Of a DNA stretch of 64,000 bases, positions 21,157-30,922 are shown one piece after another; position 1 is the first letter of the stretch; every line of letters begins with the position of its first letter. The notes below the pieces were generated by a model. It saw only the letters and a list, made by a program, of their open reading frames with translations, ran no database searches and was not told where the DNA came from. The translations under genes and the position numbers were made by a program. The DNA lies in contig JACOZJ010000003.1 of assembly GCA_016181405.1 (NCBI GenBank), positions 176,126 to 240,125 of the forward strand, written 5' to 3'. This stretch comes from Candidatus Wildermuthbacteria bacterium (GTDB taxonomy: Bacteria > Patescibacteriota > Minisyncoccia > Minisyncoccales > UBA10102).

Positions 21157-21621
21157 TTATTTTACTACTTTCACTTTTGCTGGTCTTATTAATGTCCCAT
21201 TCATTATATATCCTTTTTCAACCTCCTCTGCCACCACTCCCGATTCCCCTTGCCCTGAGCCTGTCGAAGGGTCCACTTCACCCACTGCCTCATGGATTTT
21301 CGGGTCAAAGGGTTTCCCTACCGATTCAATCGCCTCAATCCCTTCACTCTTTAGAAACTCCTGCCATTGCGACACAATCTGCAAAAACCCTTTGTATACC
21401 TTATTCTCGCGCTCCCCCTCTGGAATTTCTTTTTCTGCTCTTGCTAAGTTATCCAGAATCGGCAAAATTTTCTCCAAAAGGCAGCGTCTTGAAAAATCTA
21501 TCGTTGCCTGCATTCTTTCCTCTTCCTCTTTTTTATAGTTTAGAAAGTCAGCCTTCGCCCTTTTCCAGCCATCCAAGTATTCATCGCGCTCTTTTTTTAT
21601 CTTTTCAATCTCTTTTTCCAT
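21157..21621 (-). CDS. grpE: Nucleotide exchange factor GrpE
   Basis: R..ADF.NY, LP.LDNL.RA, FDP..HEA, GY......IRPA.V.V. Confidence 0.95.
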   Translation of the reverse strand: MEKEIEKIKKERDEYLDGWKRAKADFLNYKKEEEERMQATIDFSRRCLLEKILPILDNLARAEKEIPEGERENKVYKGFLQIVSQWQEFLKSEGIEAIESVGKPFDPKIHEAVGEVDPSTGSGQGESGVVAEEVEKGYIMNGTLIRPAKVKVVK

Positions 21622-22241
21622 ATATCTACGAGAGGTTGAATTAATCTAATATTCTTGTGATATCGCATGCGCTTTGGGCCCACAATGGCCACAAAGCCGT
21701 TTTGCCCTTTCGCAAAGTCGCATTCGCACACTATCATACTAAAGTCCACAATCCTTGAAAAGGGATTCTCTCTTCCAATATATACTTGGAGCCGCTCCCC
21801 TTCGAGCGCCCGCTCGATGTTCTGCTCCACATCCAAAAGAAATTTCGTAAAGTTTCCCCGGAGTTCTGCGCGCGTAAATTCAGGTTCCTGCAGAAGATGC
21901 TCCCATCCTTCTTTCCAAAGAATATTCCGGTGATAGGCAAGAACCAAGTCAGAAAAGTCAGATTCATCCTCCACGTCTTCCTCGTCTAGCGCACGCTTTT
22001 CCAAGCTCTCATTTACGAAAAAACGGTATCCCCGGTCGGTTGGCACGCGGCCAGCAGACGTATGCGGCTGTTCTAAATACCCTCCCCTCGCAAGGGAAAA
22101 AAGCTCCGAGCGAATGGTTGCCGATGAGAAAGGTAACTCATAGCGCGATTCAAGCCATGAAGAACTTATGGGTTGGGCGCGATCGATATATTCGAAAATT
22201 GTCTTATACAGAATATCTTTCTGCCGCTCGGTGAGCACCAT
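21597..22241 (-). CDS. hrcA: Heat-inducible repressor HrcA (short form)
   Basis: LTERQ, SSATIR.E, QPHTSAGRVPTD.GYR.FV, GPKRM.Y. Confidence 0.92.
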   Translation of the reverse strand: MVLTERQKDILYKTIFEYIDRAQPISSSWLESRYELPFSSATIRSELFSLARGGYLEQPHTSAGRVPTDRGYRFFVNESLEKRALDEEDVEDESDFSDLVLAYHRNILWKEGWEHLLQEPEFTRAELRGNFTKFLLDVEQNIERALEGERLQVYIGRENPFSRIVDFSMIVCECDFAKGQNGFVAIVGPKRMRYHKNIRLIQPLVDIWKKRLKR

Positions 22242-22268
22242 AATTCTTCTATTATACACGCAAGGAAA

Positions 22269-22295
22269 TTAGCAGTCAACCCCCTAGACTGCTAA
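22269..22295. promoter_or_regulatory. CIRCE operator variant
   Basis: TTAGCAGTC-N9-GACTGCTAA upstream of hrcA (canonical TTAGCACTC-N9-GAGTGCTAA). Confidence 0.92.
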
Positions 22296-22337
22296 TTTAC
22301 CCTGTCTAGGTTGCCCTTTATTTGGTACAATAAGCCA

Positions 22338-24152
22338 ATGCGTGCCATCCTTCGAGGCGCAATATCAAATCCCCTTGCGAATATGCTTGCTGTGCTCTTG
22401 CTGGAAATAATGTTTCTCCTTGCCTTTTTTAGCGCGCAGAAAGACTCCCTCACCTTCGACGAGCTGGCGCATATCCCGGCTGGCTACTCTTATCTCACCC
22501 AACAAGACTATCGGATAAATCCGGAGCATCCGCCACTCGCGAAAGACATAGCTGCTGCTCCCCTGCTCTTTCTTAATCTCAACTTTCCCTCACAAAGCCA
22601 AAACTGGATCCAAGACGCAGGAGCTCCACCCTGGTGGGTACAGTTTGATTTGGGGACGGAATTCCTGTATCGCTCCGGCAACAACCCTAGAGAAATTATC
22701 TTCTTCTCGCGCCTACCTATGATTCTGCTCACGCTGTTGTTGGGGACTTTTCTCTTTTTCTGGACAAAGAAACTTCTGGGAAATGCCGCGGCCTTGGCAG
22801 CGCTCACCCTTTTTGCTTTCTCGCCTAGCTTTCTCGCGCACGGCCGGCTCGTTACCACCGATGTCGCCTCCGCGCTCGGAATTTTCGTTGCGATTTACTA
22901 CTGGATTGAGTTTCTCAAGCAGCCGACCAAAACAAAAATTGCCAAAGCCGGCGCGGCTCTCGCATTCGCGCTTTTACTAAAGTTCAGCGCGATTCTCCTG
23001 CTCCCATTTTTCGCGGTTGTTACTATTGTGTACGCACTTTTGCACCCGGAATCTTTCGGCAAAATACGAACCGCAGGGAAATATGTGGCGCTCTCTATTC
23101 TGGTCGGCATTGTTGCTTTGATTTTCATTATCCCCTTCTATCAACTCCACATGCTCAACTACCCTGCCGAACGCCAACTGCGTGACACCATTGCGGATTT
23201 GCAGCCGGGCGGTATAAACACCTATGAACATGCTGTAATCTGGATGGCGGACCCACCGGCTGGCGAATTTGTCCTTCGTCCCTTTGCCCAATTTGCACGC
23301 GGAGTTCTCATGGCAATACAACGAGGACAATTCGGAAATACCGTATTTCTCCAAGGAGAAATTACAGCCGGCGGATGGTGGCAGTACTTCCCGCTTATTT
23401 ACCTTTTCAAAGTGCCGCTCGCGTTTCACGTTCTCTTCTTACTAGGGCTAGCCGGCCTTGTCTTGAGTATCAAGAAAAAGCTCTATCAAGGATTTAGCAA
23501 AGGAATAACCGGATGGTTAAAAGATAACTTCTCCATATTCACGTTTGGATTATTCATAGCTATATACTTGGCTGTCGCCATGGCAGGAAACCTCAACATT
23601 GGAGTACGCCACCTCCTTCCCACCTTCCCTTTTCTGTATATGCTTGCCCTATACGGTGTAAAGGAATTTGCCAGCCACCGCTCAACTCCCCGATTCAAAA
23701 GAAACATTGCTATTGGGTTGATTTTGCTCTTTGCTGCATATATTGGATCCTCTCTTTCCGCGTTTCCATACTATATCTCCTATTACAACGAACTGGCCGG
23801 CGGCATAGATAATGGCTACAAAGTCGCCGTAGATTCCAACTATGACTGGGGCCAGGATTTTTATCGCCTGCTCGCGTTTGCAGAAGCAAACCACATACAA
23901 AAACTCCACCTTGATTATTTCGGTGGAGAAGATCCTTCCTACTGGCTGGGCGATACATATGAAAAGCTCGACCCATTCAATCCCCCATCTTCCGGGTGGA
24001 TTGCAGTTTCAGTAAATCAACTCATGAATGGCACTGCCTTGGGCGTTGACGGTTTCGACCAGCCCACCGGCTACTACAACTGGCTTGCGCGATATACTCC
24101 CGTTGCCCGCGCAGGCACCTCCATTTTCATCTACCGCCTCGGAGCCGAGTAA
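22338..24152 (+). CDS. GT-C fold glycosyltransferase (ArnT/GT39-like)
   Basis: TFDE..H, NPEHPPLAK, many TM helices, DSNYDWGQD. Confidence 0.88.
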   Translation: MRAILRGAISNPLANMLAVLLLEIMFLLAFFSAQKDSLTFDELAHIPAGYSYLTQQDYRINPEHPPLAKDIAAAPLLFLNLNFPSQSQNWIQDAGAPPWWVQFDLGTEFLYRSGNNPREIIFFSRLPMILLTLLLGTFLFFWTKKLLGNAAALAALTLFAFSPSFLAHGRLVTTDVASALGIFVAIYYWIEFLKQPTKTKIAKAGAALAFALLLKFSAILLLPFFAVVTIVYALLHPESFGKIRTAGKYVALSILVGIVALIFIIPFYQLHMLNYPAERQLRDTIADLQPGGINTYEHAVIWMADPPAGEFVLRPFAQFARGVLMAIQRGQFGNTVFLQGEITAGGWWQYFPLIYLFKVPLAFHVLFLLGLAGLVLSIKKKLYQGFSKGITGWLKDNFSIFTFGLFIAIYLAVAMAGNLNIGVRHLLPTFPFLYMLALYGVKEFASHRSTPRFKRNIAIGLILLFAAYIGSSLSAFPYYISYYNELAGGIDNGYKVAVDSNYDWGQDFYRLLAFAEANHIQKLHLDYFGGEDPSYWLGDTYEKLDPFNPPSSGWIAVSVNQLMNGTALGVDGFDQPTGYYNWLARYTPVARAGTSIFIYRLGAE

Positions 24153-24170
24153 AACACGTGTCCGCAGTTT

Positions 24171-24389
24171 TTATGTAATTTCTACAACTTTGTTTCTGGA
24201 GGTATAGCCAGACACAATGGAAACTTGAGATTGCGAAACGTGGAAATATTCTGCCAGCGCGCGCGCCACCGCCCTATTCGCTTTCCCCTGCACGGGCGGT
24301 TCTTTTACCGCCACCTCAAAATTCCCCTCCCCTATTTCTTTTATATATTCTTCCCTCGCCCCGGGTTTCACCTTCACTGATATTTTCAT
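24171..24389 (-). CDS. DUF167/YggU family protein
   Basis: VKVKP.A, V.EPP..GKAN, G.TSR.K. Confidence 0.9.
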   Translation of the reverse strand: MKISVKVKPGAREEYIKEIGEGNFEVAVKEPPVQGKANRAVARALAEYFHVSQSQVSIVSGYTSRNKVVEIT

Positions 24390-24398
24390 TGCGGCGCA

Positions 24399-24932
24399 TT
24401 ACGTTGTGTGGAAAGTAATGTGGATTCTTGTAACGTCGTCTGGTTTCGGAGAGCGGGAAAAAGCAATTTCAATATCGGGGAATGCGTCTTTGATCTTCTT
24501 TGCGATTTTGTCGGCGAGCTGGTTTTCTGTTGTGCAAACTCGATACCCAGTATCTGTTTCTTTCGTGCTTATAATTCGGTCTTGTGGATCTGTTTTTGTC
24601 GCGGCTTTGCCAAACCGTTCTATAAGTTGCAAGAGCTCCCTTCTGTGGCGGGTAGGAACTTCATCTAGCAAAAGCTCGCCCTCAAACAAGTGGTTTTTGG
24701 CCATGTCGCACGCACGGCATAGTTTTGTTTCCGCAATGGATATCTCTCCTTCCTTAAGGTGTTTTTTAAGATCATTCACAGACGCATACCATCTTTTTTT
24801 GAAATGCACGTTGCCGCATTCTGGGCATTTTGTTACGCCCTTATGCTCGAGCAAGTATTGCTCATGCTTTGTCTCGCGGTGGCGCTGGGGCACTTTTTTT
24901 ATGGAATTTCTGCTTTGAAAAATGCGGGCCAT
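24399..24932 (-). CDS. Zn-ribbon protein (BCAM0308/NMD3-like)
   Basis: CPEC...H..KRW, LC.AC, EG.L, DP..RI, TTENQLA. Confidence 0.7.
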   Translation of the reverse strand: MARIFQSRNSIKKVPQRHRETKHEQYLLEHKGVTKCPECGNVHFKKRWYASVNDLKKHLKEGEISIAETKLCRACDMAKNHLFEGELLLDEVPTRHRRELLQLIERFGKAATKTDPQDRIISTKETDTGYRVCTTENQLADKIAKKIKDAFPDIEIAFSRSPKPDDVTRIHITFHTT

Positions 24933-24956
24933 GATAATCTAATAATAACAGGATTT

Positions 24957-25433
24957 TTAACTTCCGATTATATAACGCTCTATGAGGGCTATTTTTTCTT
25001 TGTCGGCATGTTTTGTCTGCCGATAGCCGTCGTGCAAACAGTAGCAATACACGGCCAAATACTGTTCAAGATTTAGCTCATAAAAAGATATGCCGTTTTC
25101 CTCACTCTGTTTTAAGTCGCCAATGGTTAGGTTTACATCAGCAAGGTTGTTGTATTCTGCGAACGCGACTTTCTGGCCATTTCGAATAAACTCATGTTCT
25201 GAAACATCAGAAAGCTCAAAATCAAGCTCCTCGATTACGTTCTTTAGTTCTCCCCACTTCTCACCAACAAATTCATCCGGCACCAATATATCGATATCGT
25301 TTACTGTAATGGTCTCTTTAACCAAACGCGACAACCCAAGCGATCCATACAGCACAGGCACAACCCCAAGCTTTTTGTTTAACACTTCCGCAACCTCCCT
25401 AAATATTTCAAACTTCTTTTCCATCTCTATCAT
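24957..25433 (-). CDS. Nucleotidyltransferase-fold protein
   Basis: LYGSLGL ... DIDILV (GS/DxD motif). Confidence 0.7.
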   Translation of the reverse strand: MIEMEKKFEIFREVAEVLNKKLGVVPVLYGSLGLSRLVKETITVNDIDILVPDEFVGEKWGELKNVIEELDFELSDVSEHEFIRNGQKVAFAEYNNLADVNLTIGDLKQSEENGISFYELNLEQYLAVYCYCLHDGYRQTKHADKEKIALIERYIIGS

Positions 25434-25978
25434 AGTTTTTGATAAATTTTTTCAGCGAGCTCGCGGGGATTAAAATACCCTGGGTTTTCCAATCGCAAAA
25501 GAGGTAAGCCGGCTTCTTGCAGAACACGCTCAACTTCCTCATCGCGCTCTTTTCTGTCTGGTCTTTCATGCGACCTATCGTCTAGCTCAATGGCGAGTTT
25601 TGGCGCAATATACTCTTTATCGCAAAGCACATAATCTACGGATTTTCGATCAATGTGGCTCCGCGCCCCACGCCAGCTCTGTCCTTTAACTCTATTTTCG
25701 ACAATACTCGGAAGATGTGCTTGAGGAAAAATATAGTACTTATCCCCTACCGCAGCCACAAGAGCATCATAACACTTATGCTCCGCCCGAGACATAAAAA
25801 ACTCTTTCCGCCCATACTCATACTTGCTTTGTTCAGCTTGGCCGCCTGCACTCTTTTTTGCCTTTACAAACCACAAAGCAAGCGCGATTCCACTCATTAA
25901 TAAAAGTCCTATTATGAGTATTGCAAAAAGAGGACCAAACAAACTTCCCAATATTCCCGAAACATCAAGTGTATTCAT
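25430..25978 (-). CDS. DUF2726 family membrane-anchored nuclease-like protein
   Basis: N-terminal TM; KSVDYVLC, AIELDD.SH, RD..V...L..AGLPLLR. Confidence 0.88.
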   Translation of the reverse strand: MNTLDVSGILGSLFGPLFAILIIGLLLMSGIALALWFVKAKKSAGGQAEQSKYEYGRKEFFMSRAEHKCYDALVAAVGDKYYIFPQAHLPSIVENRVKGQSWRGARSHIDRKSVDYVLCDKEYIAPKLAIELDDRSHERPDRKERDEEVERVLQEAGLPLLRLENPGYFNPRELAEKIYQKL

Positions 25979-25996
25979 AGATTTTTATTTTCATTT

Positions 25997-26650
25997 TTAT
26001 GGCTCTAAAAACCAACTATTATTTTGAGAATCGTAGCTGTAGGTTTGGGGGAATTTCTTTTCTATCAAATTATCGTTTTCGTCTTTAACCTCGCAGTTGA
26101 TCTCTATTTTTATTCTTTTACCCTCTTGGGCGGACCGTTTTATCTCTTCCGGAATCTCCAAACCAGGCGCTTGAATACCGCTAAAAGCGTCAAGTTTCCA
26201 TGCTTGTGTACCACCGTAATAACCTTCGGGTACTTCTCTTTCTAAACTATCGGCAATAAACTTTATTTTTACATACGCCTTATACTTCTTTGGTTCACGA
26301 TTACCAATCCAAAACCATACTTTCCAGTCTCTCAAAAAATTGAAAGTAACAGTCCCAGGCAAAGAAGAAGCTACTCTGCACTCCACCAGTGCAATATTAC
26401 TGCTGGAGACAATCGCCTTTTTTGATTTTTCGTCCTCTCTTGGTAGCGGTAACTCATTGGTGGCTATTCCTTTTTTCTCCGATCTGTCAGGACCAAACTT
26501 TGCCCCATCTTTACCCAAAGACTCAAGATGTCTTATACGATCATCAATAGCACTCTTATGCCTAAAAATTATCAATATAGCCAAGGTCAAAATAACCACA
26601 GGCCATGATAATAGAATATTCAATATTTGTATAAATTCTGAAGTGCTCAT
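25997..26650 (-). CDS. Hypothetical protein with N-terminal TM helix
   Basis: 217 aa ORF, LSWPVVIL TM, AT-rich island. Confidence 0.7.
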   Translation of the reverse strand: MSTSEFIQILNILLSWPVVILTLAILIIFRHKSAIDDRIRHLESLGKDGAKFGPDRSEKKGIATNELPLPREDEKSKKAIVSSSNIALVECRVASSLPGTVTFNFLRDWKVWFWIGNREPKKYKAYVKIKFIADSLEREVPEGYYGGTQAWKLDAFSGIQAPGLEIPEEIKRSAQEGKRIKIEINCEVKDENDNLIEKKFPQTYSYDSQNNSWFLEP

Positions 26651-26814
26651 ATTGCGCTTATTACCTCGTAAATTTTCCCTTCCATCAACTCGATCAAGTG
26701 GCGGTTGGCGGCGATGATTTCTTCTTCCTTTTCCGTTTCGGCGACGAGCTGTTTTTGGATTTCGATTGACGGGAAAGGAATTTGTAAGTTTTTTACGAAT
26801 GATAAATTTGCCAT
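26647..26814 (-). pseudogene. Remnant C-terminus of a type I RM specificity (HsdS-like) domain
   Basis: Manual translation MANLSFVKNLQIPFPSIEIQKQLVAETEKEEEIIAANRHLIELMEGKIYEVISAI; IP.P.IE.Q..IV conserved helix. Confidence 0.7.
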
Positions 26815-26839
26815 TTTGCGGCGAACTGGAAAAAAGTAT

Positions 26840-27484
26840 CTATCTTGCCAACTCGAAAATCTTTTTCACCAATGATGTCCGGGCATAAAATGCACGAGTA
26901 ATTGGCCTCTGCTCACCTGTACGTGGATTTATTCCTCCAGTTCCCTTTGTCCGTGGCTGCAACCATTTGCCATATTTACCAGTTAAGGCTTCGAAACCTT
27001 CTGTAATAAGCTTGCTGCGAATAAATTCGTAGTCGGCCTCTAATTCTTTGATGAGTTTATCGTCTTCGGCAAAGTCCAAGCTCACAACGTGGAGAAGTTT
27101 TGCGCTTTTGGCGTTTTTCTCGTTCCATTCAACTGCGCAAAACACAATTGCCTTAAGCTTTGCCCAAACATGACTTTCAAAAAACGAATGAGCTTTCAAC
27201 TCTTCCGGATTTATCATTGTTATTGCCATTGTTTCCTTTGGTGCAAGTTCTCCTCTGACAACCCGAAATGCAACTGATTTGAGTTCGTAAGTAAGTCCAT
27301 TCGGCGCTTTTGAAACATTCGTATCTAAGCCAGCTAGTCTCTCCAGAACGAGACCCTTCCAGCCCTTATTTTGCCTTCCAGTTTCGTAAGTCGTAATACC
27401 ATGTTCTAAGGCCAAAGCGCGTAGGTCATAACCAACATAGTTTTTCAAATTTTTTATCGCAGTAGCACGAGTTACAATCTTCAT
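26840..27484 (-). CDS. MutH/Sau3AI family restriction endonuclease
   Basis: NKGW.G..LE, ELKS, PKETMAIT, LQPRTKG, RAFYAR. Confidence 0.87.
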   Translation of the reverse strand: MKIVTRATAIKNLKNYVGYDLRALALEHGITTYETGRQNKGWKGLVLERLAGLDTNVSKAPNGLTYELKSVAFRVVRGELAPKETMAITMINPEELKAHSFFESHVWAKLKAIVFCAVEWNEKNAKSAKLLHVVSLDFAEDDKLIKELEADYEFIRSKLITEGFEALTGKYGKWLQPRTKGTGGINPRTGEQRPITRAFYARTSLVKKIFELAR

Positions 27485-27912
27485 ACGTTGAGTAGATTTA
27501 ATTCGATAGAATGTGGTTTTCTATTCTTTTCAAGATATTTCCTCCCATTCGACCCAAACAATACGATTGCGTCGTATCCCATTTCTCGCGCTTTTCGATA
27601 CATTTTTGCATCCCACCTAATACGTTCCTCATACCAACTTTCTTTATAATCACTGCCCGCTGAAAGAAATGTCTCGAATTCAGCAACCGTTTCGTCTGGA
27701 AATAAAACTTTAACTATTTCAAACTCTGAAAACCCATAAAGCGGATTTGAAATAGAAACTTTTTCCGGCACATCGTTTGGCCTGCCATAAAACTCTGCTT
27801 GATTGAAAGTAGAGGCAAAAAACTTGCCGCGCTTTTTATAAGCTTCTGGATCTCTTGGCGGCACATGCCACCACAGTGAGTTATTTATTTTGTTTATTAA
27901 AGTTTCTTTCAT
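27481..27912 (-). CDS. Hypothetical protein, ADP-ribosyltransferase-like motif order
   Basis: WWH, G.FF.S...A.FYG, I.NPL, GYDAIV, terminal E on a beta strand. Confidence 0.55.
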   Translation of the reverse strand: MKETLINKINNSLWWHVPPRDPEAYKKRGKFFASTFNQAEFYGRPNDVPEKVSISNPLYGFSEFEIVKVLFPDETVAEFETFLSAGSDYKESWYEERIRWDAKMYRKAREMGYDAIVLFGSNGRKYLEKNRKPHSIELNLLNV

Positions 27913-27914
27913 GT

Positions 27915-28784
27915 TTAGAGAAGTCTGCTATTTTGCTTTGTTCGCAACTCTTTGAAACGCTTTACCGATAAATCGAGATAATCTTTTTCTGTGTCTATGC
28001 CAACAAATTTTCGTGCATTGGTATATGCTGCCAAGCCGGTAGTGGAGCTGCCGGTAAAAGGATCTAAAACTATATCATCCTCATTTGTGCTTGCAAGCAC
28101 CACCCGTTTGAGCAAATCAAAAGGTTTTTGGGTTGGGTGCTTGCCAAATTTTTTCTCCCATGGAGAAGGAGTATTAATAGACCAAACTGAACGCATTTGT
28201 TTCCCAGGCTTTTTCAAAAAATCTTCGGGCCAATGTCCTTCTTTCATTTGCCTGTAATTAAATGTGTGTTTTGCCATTTTTTCTTTTCTCGCCCAAATCA
28301 AAGTTTCGTGACTAGCGGTGAAGTACCGACCACTTAAATTCGGCGAGGCGTTTGGTTTAAACCACGCAATATCATTTAAGATATGGTAGCCAGACATTTG
28401 CAAAGCAGCACCGCAAAGATATGCAGAATGATATGTGCCGCTAATCCATATTGAACCGTTTGGCTTTAATACTTTTCGGCAGGCCTGAATCCATTTCATG
28501 TGAAACTCAAAATCTTCTGCCGGGCCTTTACTTACATCCCACTCCCCTTTATTAACACTTACCCGCTTTCCTGCATGAACAGTAAATCCCCCATTTGAAA
28601 GAAAATACGGAGGATCCGCAAAAATCATATCTATGGAGTTTTCTGGCAACTCTTCAAGTAGCTTTAAACTATCGCCTTGATACAGCACAAAATTATCCTC
28701 GATAAAATAAGGTTTTACCTTAACATAGCGTAAAACTTTCCCTTCTTGCTTAGTTTTTGGAGTTTCAAAAGTCTGAACCGGCAT
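27915..28784 (-). CDS. Beta-class N6-adenine/N4-cytosine DNA methyltransferase (DpnA-like)
   Basis: DMIFADPPY before HPTQKP and LDPFTGSSTT; SVNKG.WD. Confidence 0.93.
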   Translation of the reverse strand: MPVQTFETPKTKQEGKVLRYVKVKPYFIEDNFVLYQGDSLKLLEELPENSIDMIFADPPYFLSNGGFTVHAGKRVSVNKGEWDVSKGPAEDFEFHMKWIQACRKVLKPNGSIWISGTYHSAYLCGAALQMSGYHILNDIAWFKPNASPNLSGRYFTASHETLIWARKEKMAKHTFNYRQMKEGHWPEDFLKKPGKQMRSVWSINTPSPWEKKFGKHPTQKPFDLLKRVVLASTNEDDIVLDPFTGSSTTGLAAYTNARKFVGIDTEKDYLDLSVKRFKELRTKQNSRLL

Positions 28785-28924
28785 GCTTTTACTTTACCAA
28801 AAAATCGCCAATTTGGCGACTCCCATATTTTCCTGGTTCAAAACAGTTATATTCTCAAAAAAGAAGACGATCGGCCAAGAAGGCAAAGCGTCTGATTTGG
28901 GTTAGGATGCTACTGGCGAGAGAA

Positions 28925-29191
28925 CTATCTGCGGATGATGATATCCGGGAACCACCCCGTGAGATGGTCTCTGATTTGCCTTAACCTGTATTCAAGGTTG
29001 TGAGGATCATAGTCTATGGTCGTCACCAGGTACGCAGCAAGCCGTTCTGCAATTATTCCTACGTCAGCGCGAATTGCGGGGTCAATCCCTTCGCTATTCT
29101 CAAGTTCGATCACCACTCGAGCCTTCTTGCGCACCTTTCGTGAAGGCCGATACACCTTATGGGTCCGACTAACTACGATCTTTTTCACCAC
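28925..29191 (-). CDS. Hypothetical accessory protein
   Basis: 88 aa ORF with GGAGGT SD. Confidence 0.55.
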   Translation of the reverse strand: MVKKIVVSRTHKVYRPSRKVRKKARVVIELENSEGIDPAIRADVGIIAERLAAYLVTTIDYDPHNLEYRLRQIRDHLTGWFPDIIIRR

Positions 29192-29335
29192 CTACCTCCC
29201 GTTCTACTGCAAAGAAGCTCTTCCACTTCTTCGCTGTCATCGACAATATTACCACACTTTGAGGCGTATTTCAAGCGGAAAACGGCGGAGAGTTAACGCG
29301 AGGCTACTTTTTGATGACGGCTAAGGGGCGGAGCG

Positions 29336-29896
29336 TCAGCGCGGGGTGAGGCCATCAAAAGGAATTGGAAAGGAAGAAAGAACTTTGTAGCCGGCGCCAC
29401 CCTTATGCGGCGACGAGAATAGTTCTACCGATTCCACGGACATAGACCAGGCAAGCGGCTTTTCAATGGGGCGATGGGTAAGCTTCTCCTCATCTTTTGC
29501 CGTAAAGCGCGCAATAGTCATATGGGGCACAAACGGAACGGATTCTTTTGTTTTGAACGCGGCAAGCAGGCTTTTTTTGAGCGCGTTGGTTTCCGAAGAC
29601 GGGGTACACTGAATCCAGGCAAGCCGAGGATGCATCTTGCTTGGGCCGTAGGCAAGCCGTTCGAATTTTAGCGTAAACCGCTTCATGCCCCGCAGGGCTT
29701 TCCGCAAACGCTCCTCGACAAAAGATTGGCTCACCATGTCCCATGGCGCCAGGAGCGTTACATGAATATCCTCTGGAGGGATAAACTTGGCGGGAAGATC
29801 TGCCATATCACTCTGCAGTTTTACGCAGGCCTCCGCGATTTCGTCTGTAACCTTGATTCCTACATATACTCTTCTGGATGGTTTTAGATTTTTCAT
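29336..29896 (-). CDS. thpR: RNA 2',3'-cyclic phosphodiesterase (2H family)
   Basis: Two HxT motifs, HVTL and PHMTIAR. Confidence 0.88.
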   Translation of the reverse strand: MKNLKPSRRVYVGIKVTDEIAEACVKLQSDMADLPAKFIPPEDIHVTLLAPWDMVSQSFVEERLRKALRGMKRFTLKFERLAYGPSKMHPRLAWIQCTPSSETNALKKSLLAAFKTKESVPFVPHMTIARFTAKDEEKLTHRPIEKPLAWSMSVESVELFSSPHKGGAGYKVLSSFPIPFDGLTPR

Positions 29897-29917
29897 AGCA
29901 TTTAACAGAAAGATGAT

Positions 29918-30790
29918 TTATTGCCGATACTTGATGTACGCCTGGTCGAGGAAGCGCAAGTCGATGTATTCCAAAAATGGGCGGCGCTGCGAGGAAATCT
30001 CCTGCTCCAACACAAGCTTTACTTTCTGAATCTGCCAATCTATTCTTTCTGAAGGATTGAAATACATTTCCCAACCCTCCGAAATTCCCGCATTCACTCT
30101 CTCTTTTGAAACAATGAGTAAAGATAACACACGCAACCCGACTTGCTCAAACAGAGGAAAGGCATCAACACTCTTCTGAAACTGCAACATACGTTCGAGC
30201 GCAACAGGATCAACTACTTGATCCCCCAACGCGGCCTCTACGCCTTCCGCAGAAAGAATTACCTCTTTCCCAGATTCCATTTCTTCAAAAATTACTCCTT
30301 GCTTGTCGAGCGCAAAACACTGGCGAATGGATCGCGTAGTTTGCTCTTGTAAACCTTCAAGCTCTACACGAAGGATTTTGTTTTGGCACCACGTCGCAAT
30401 CCCCTGCCGCTCTTGCACGGTTACTCGCACCTTGTCTGGAAACTTCTTTTGCACCGCAACCAACTCTATTTCCGGAAACACGGCCCGAATTTTTGCGGCT
30501 GCAACAGCAGCATTCGCAAGGAAAAAATTGTTTGTCGCGAAAAACGCAACCTTCCTTTGAAGAGATTCACTTGTTGCCTGACGCAATTTCTCTTCTGCTA
30601 TATTTTCGTTCCCCCGAATTTCAATATACTTTATTTGAAAGAATGGCGTGAAGAAAATTCCGTATGTCGAACCCGCCAAGACAAAAAATCCAAGGATACC
30701 AACCCAAAAAACCTTGCTTTTCAGAAGCTTTTTCACTCGCGATCGTTTTGGCTTCAATCGCCTCTGTAGCTTATATCGTTTTGCCCGCAT
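29918..30790 (-). CDS. ftsQ: FtsQ/DivIB-like POTRA cell division protein
   Basis: Basic N-terminus, TM, I.I.GN, K.FP..V.V.V.ER, YIDLRF. Confidence 0.8.
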   Translation of the reverse strand: MRAKRYKLQRRLKPKRSRVKKLLKSKVFWVGILGFFVLAGSTYGIFFTPFFQIKYIEIRGNENIAEEKLRQATSESLQRKVAFFATNNFFLANAAVAAAKIRAVFPEIELVAVQKKFPDKVRVTVQERQGIATWCQNKILRVELEGLQEQTTRSIRQCFALDKQGVIFEEMESGKEVILSAEGVEAALGDQVVDPVALERMLQFQKSVDAFPLFEQVGLRVLSLLIVSKERVNAGISEGWEMYFNPSERIDWQIQKVKLVLEQEISSQRRPFLEYIDLRFLDQAYIKYRQ

Positions 30791-30922
30791 GCTAAGGAAA
30801 CGAGAATTATGGATTTTGAGCCGCGAGAGTGATGTGATTTTGTGAGACGCGAGGGTCTCATCCGAAGGATGGGTTAAGCGCGAACAAAATTATATCACTC
30901 GAGAGGCCACCCCATGAAAATC

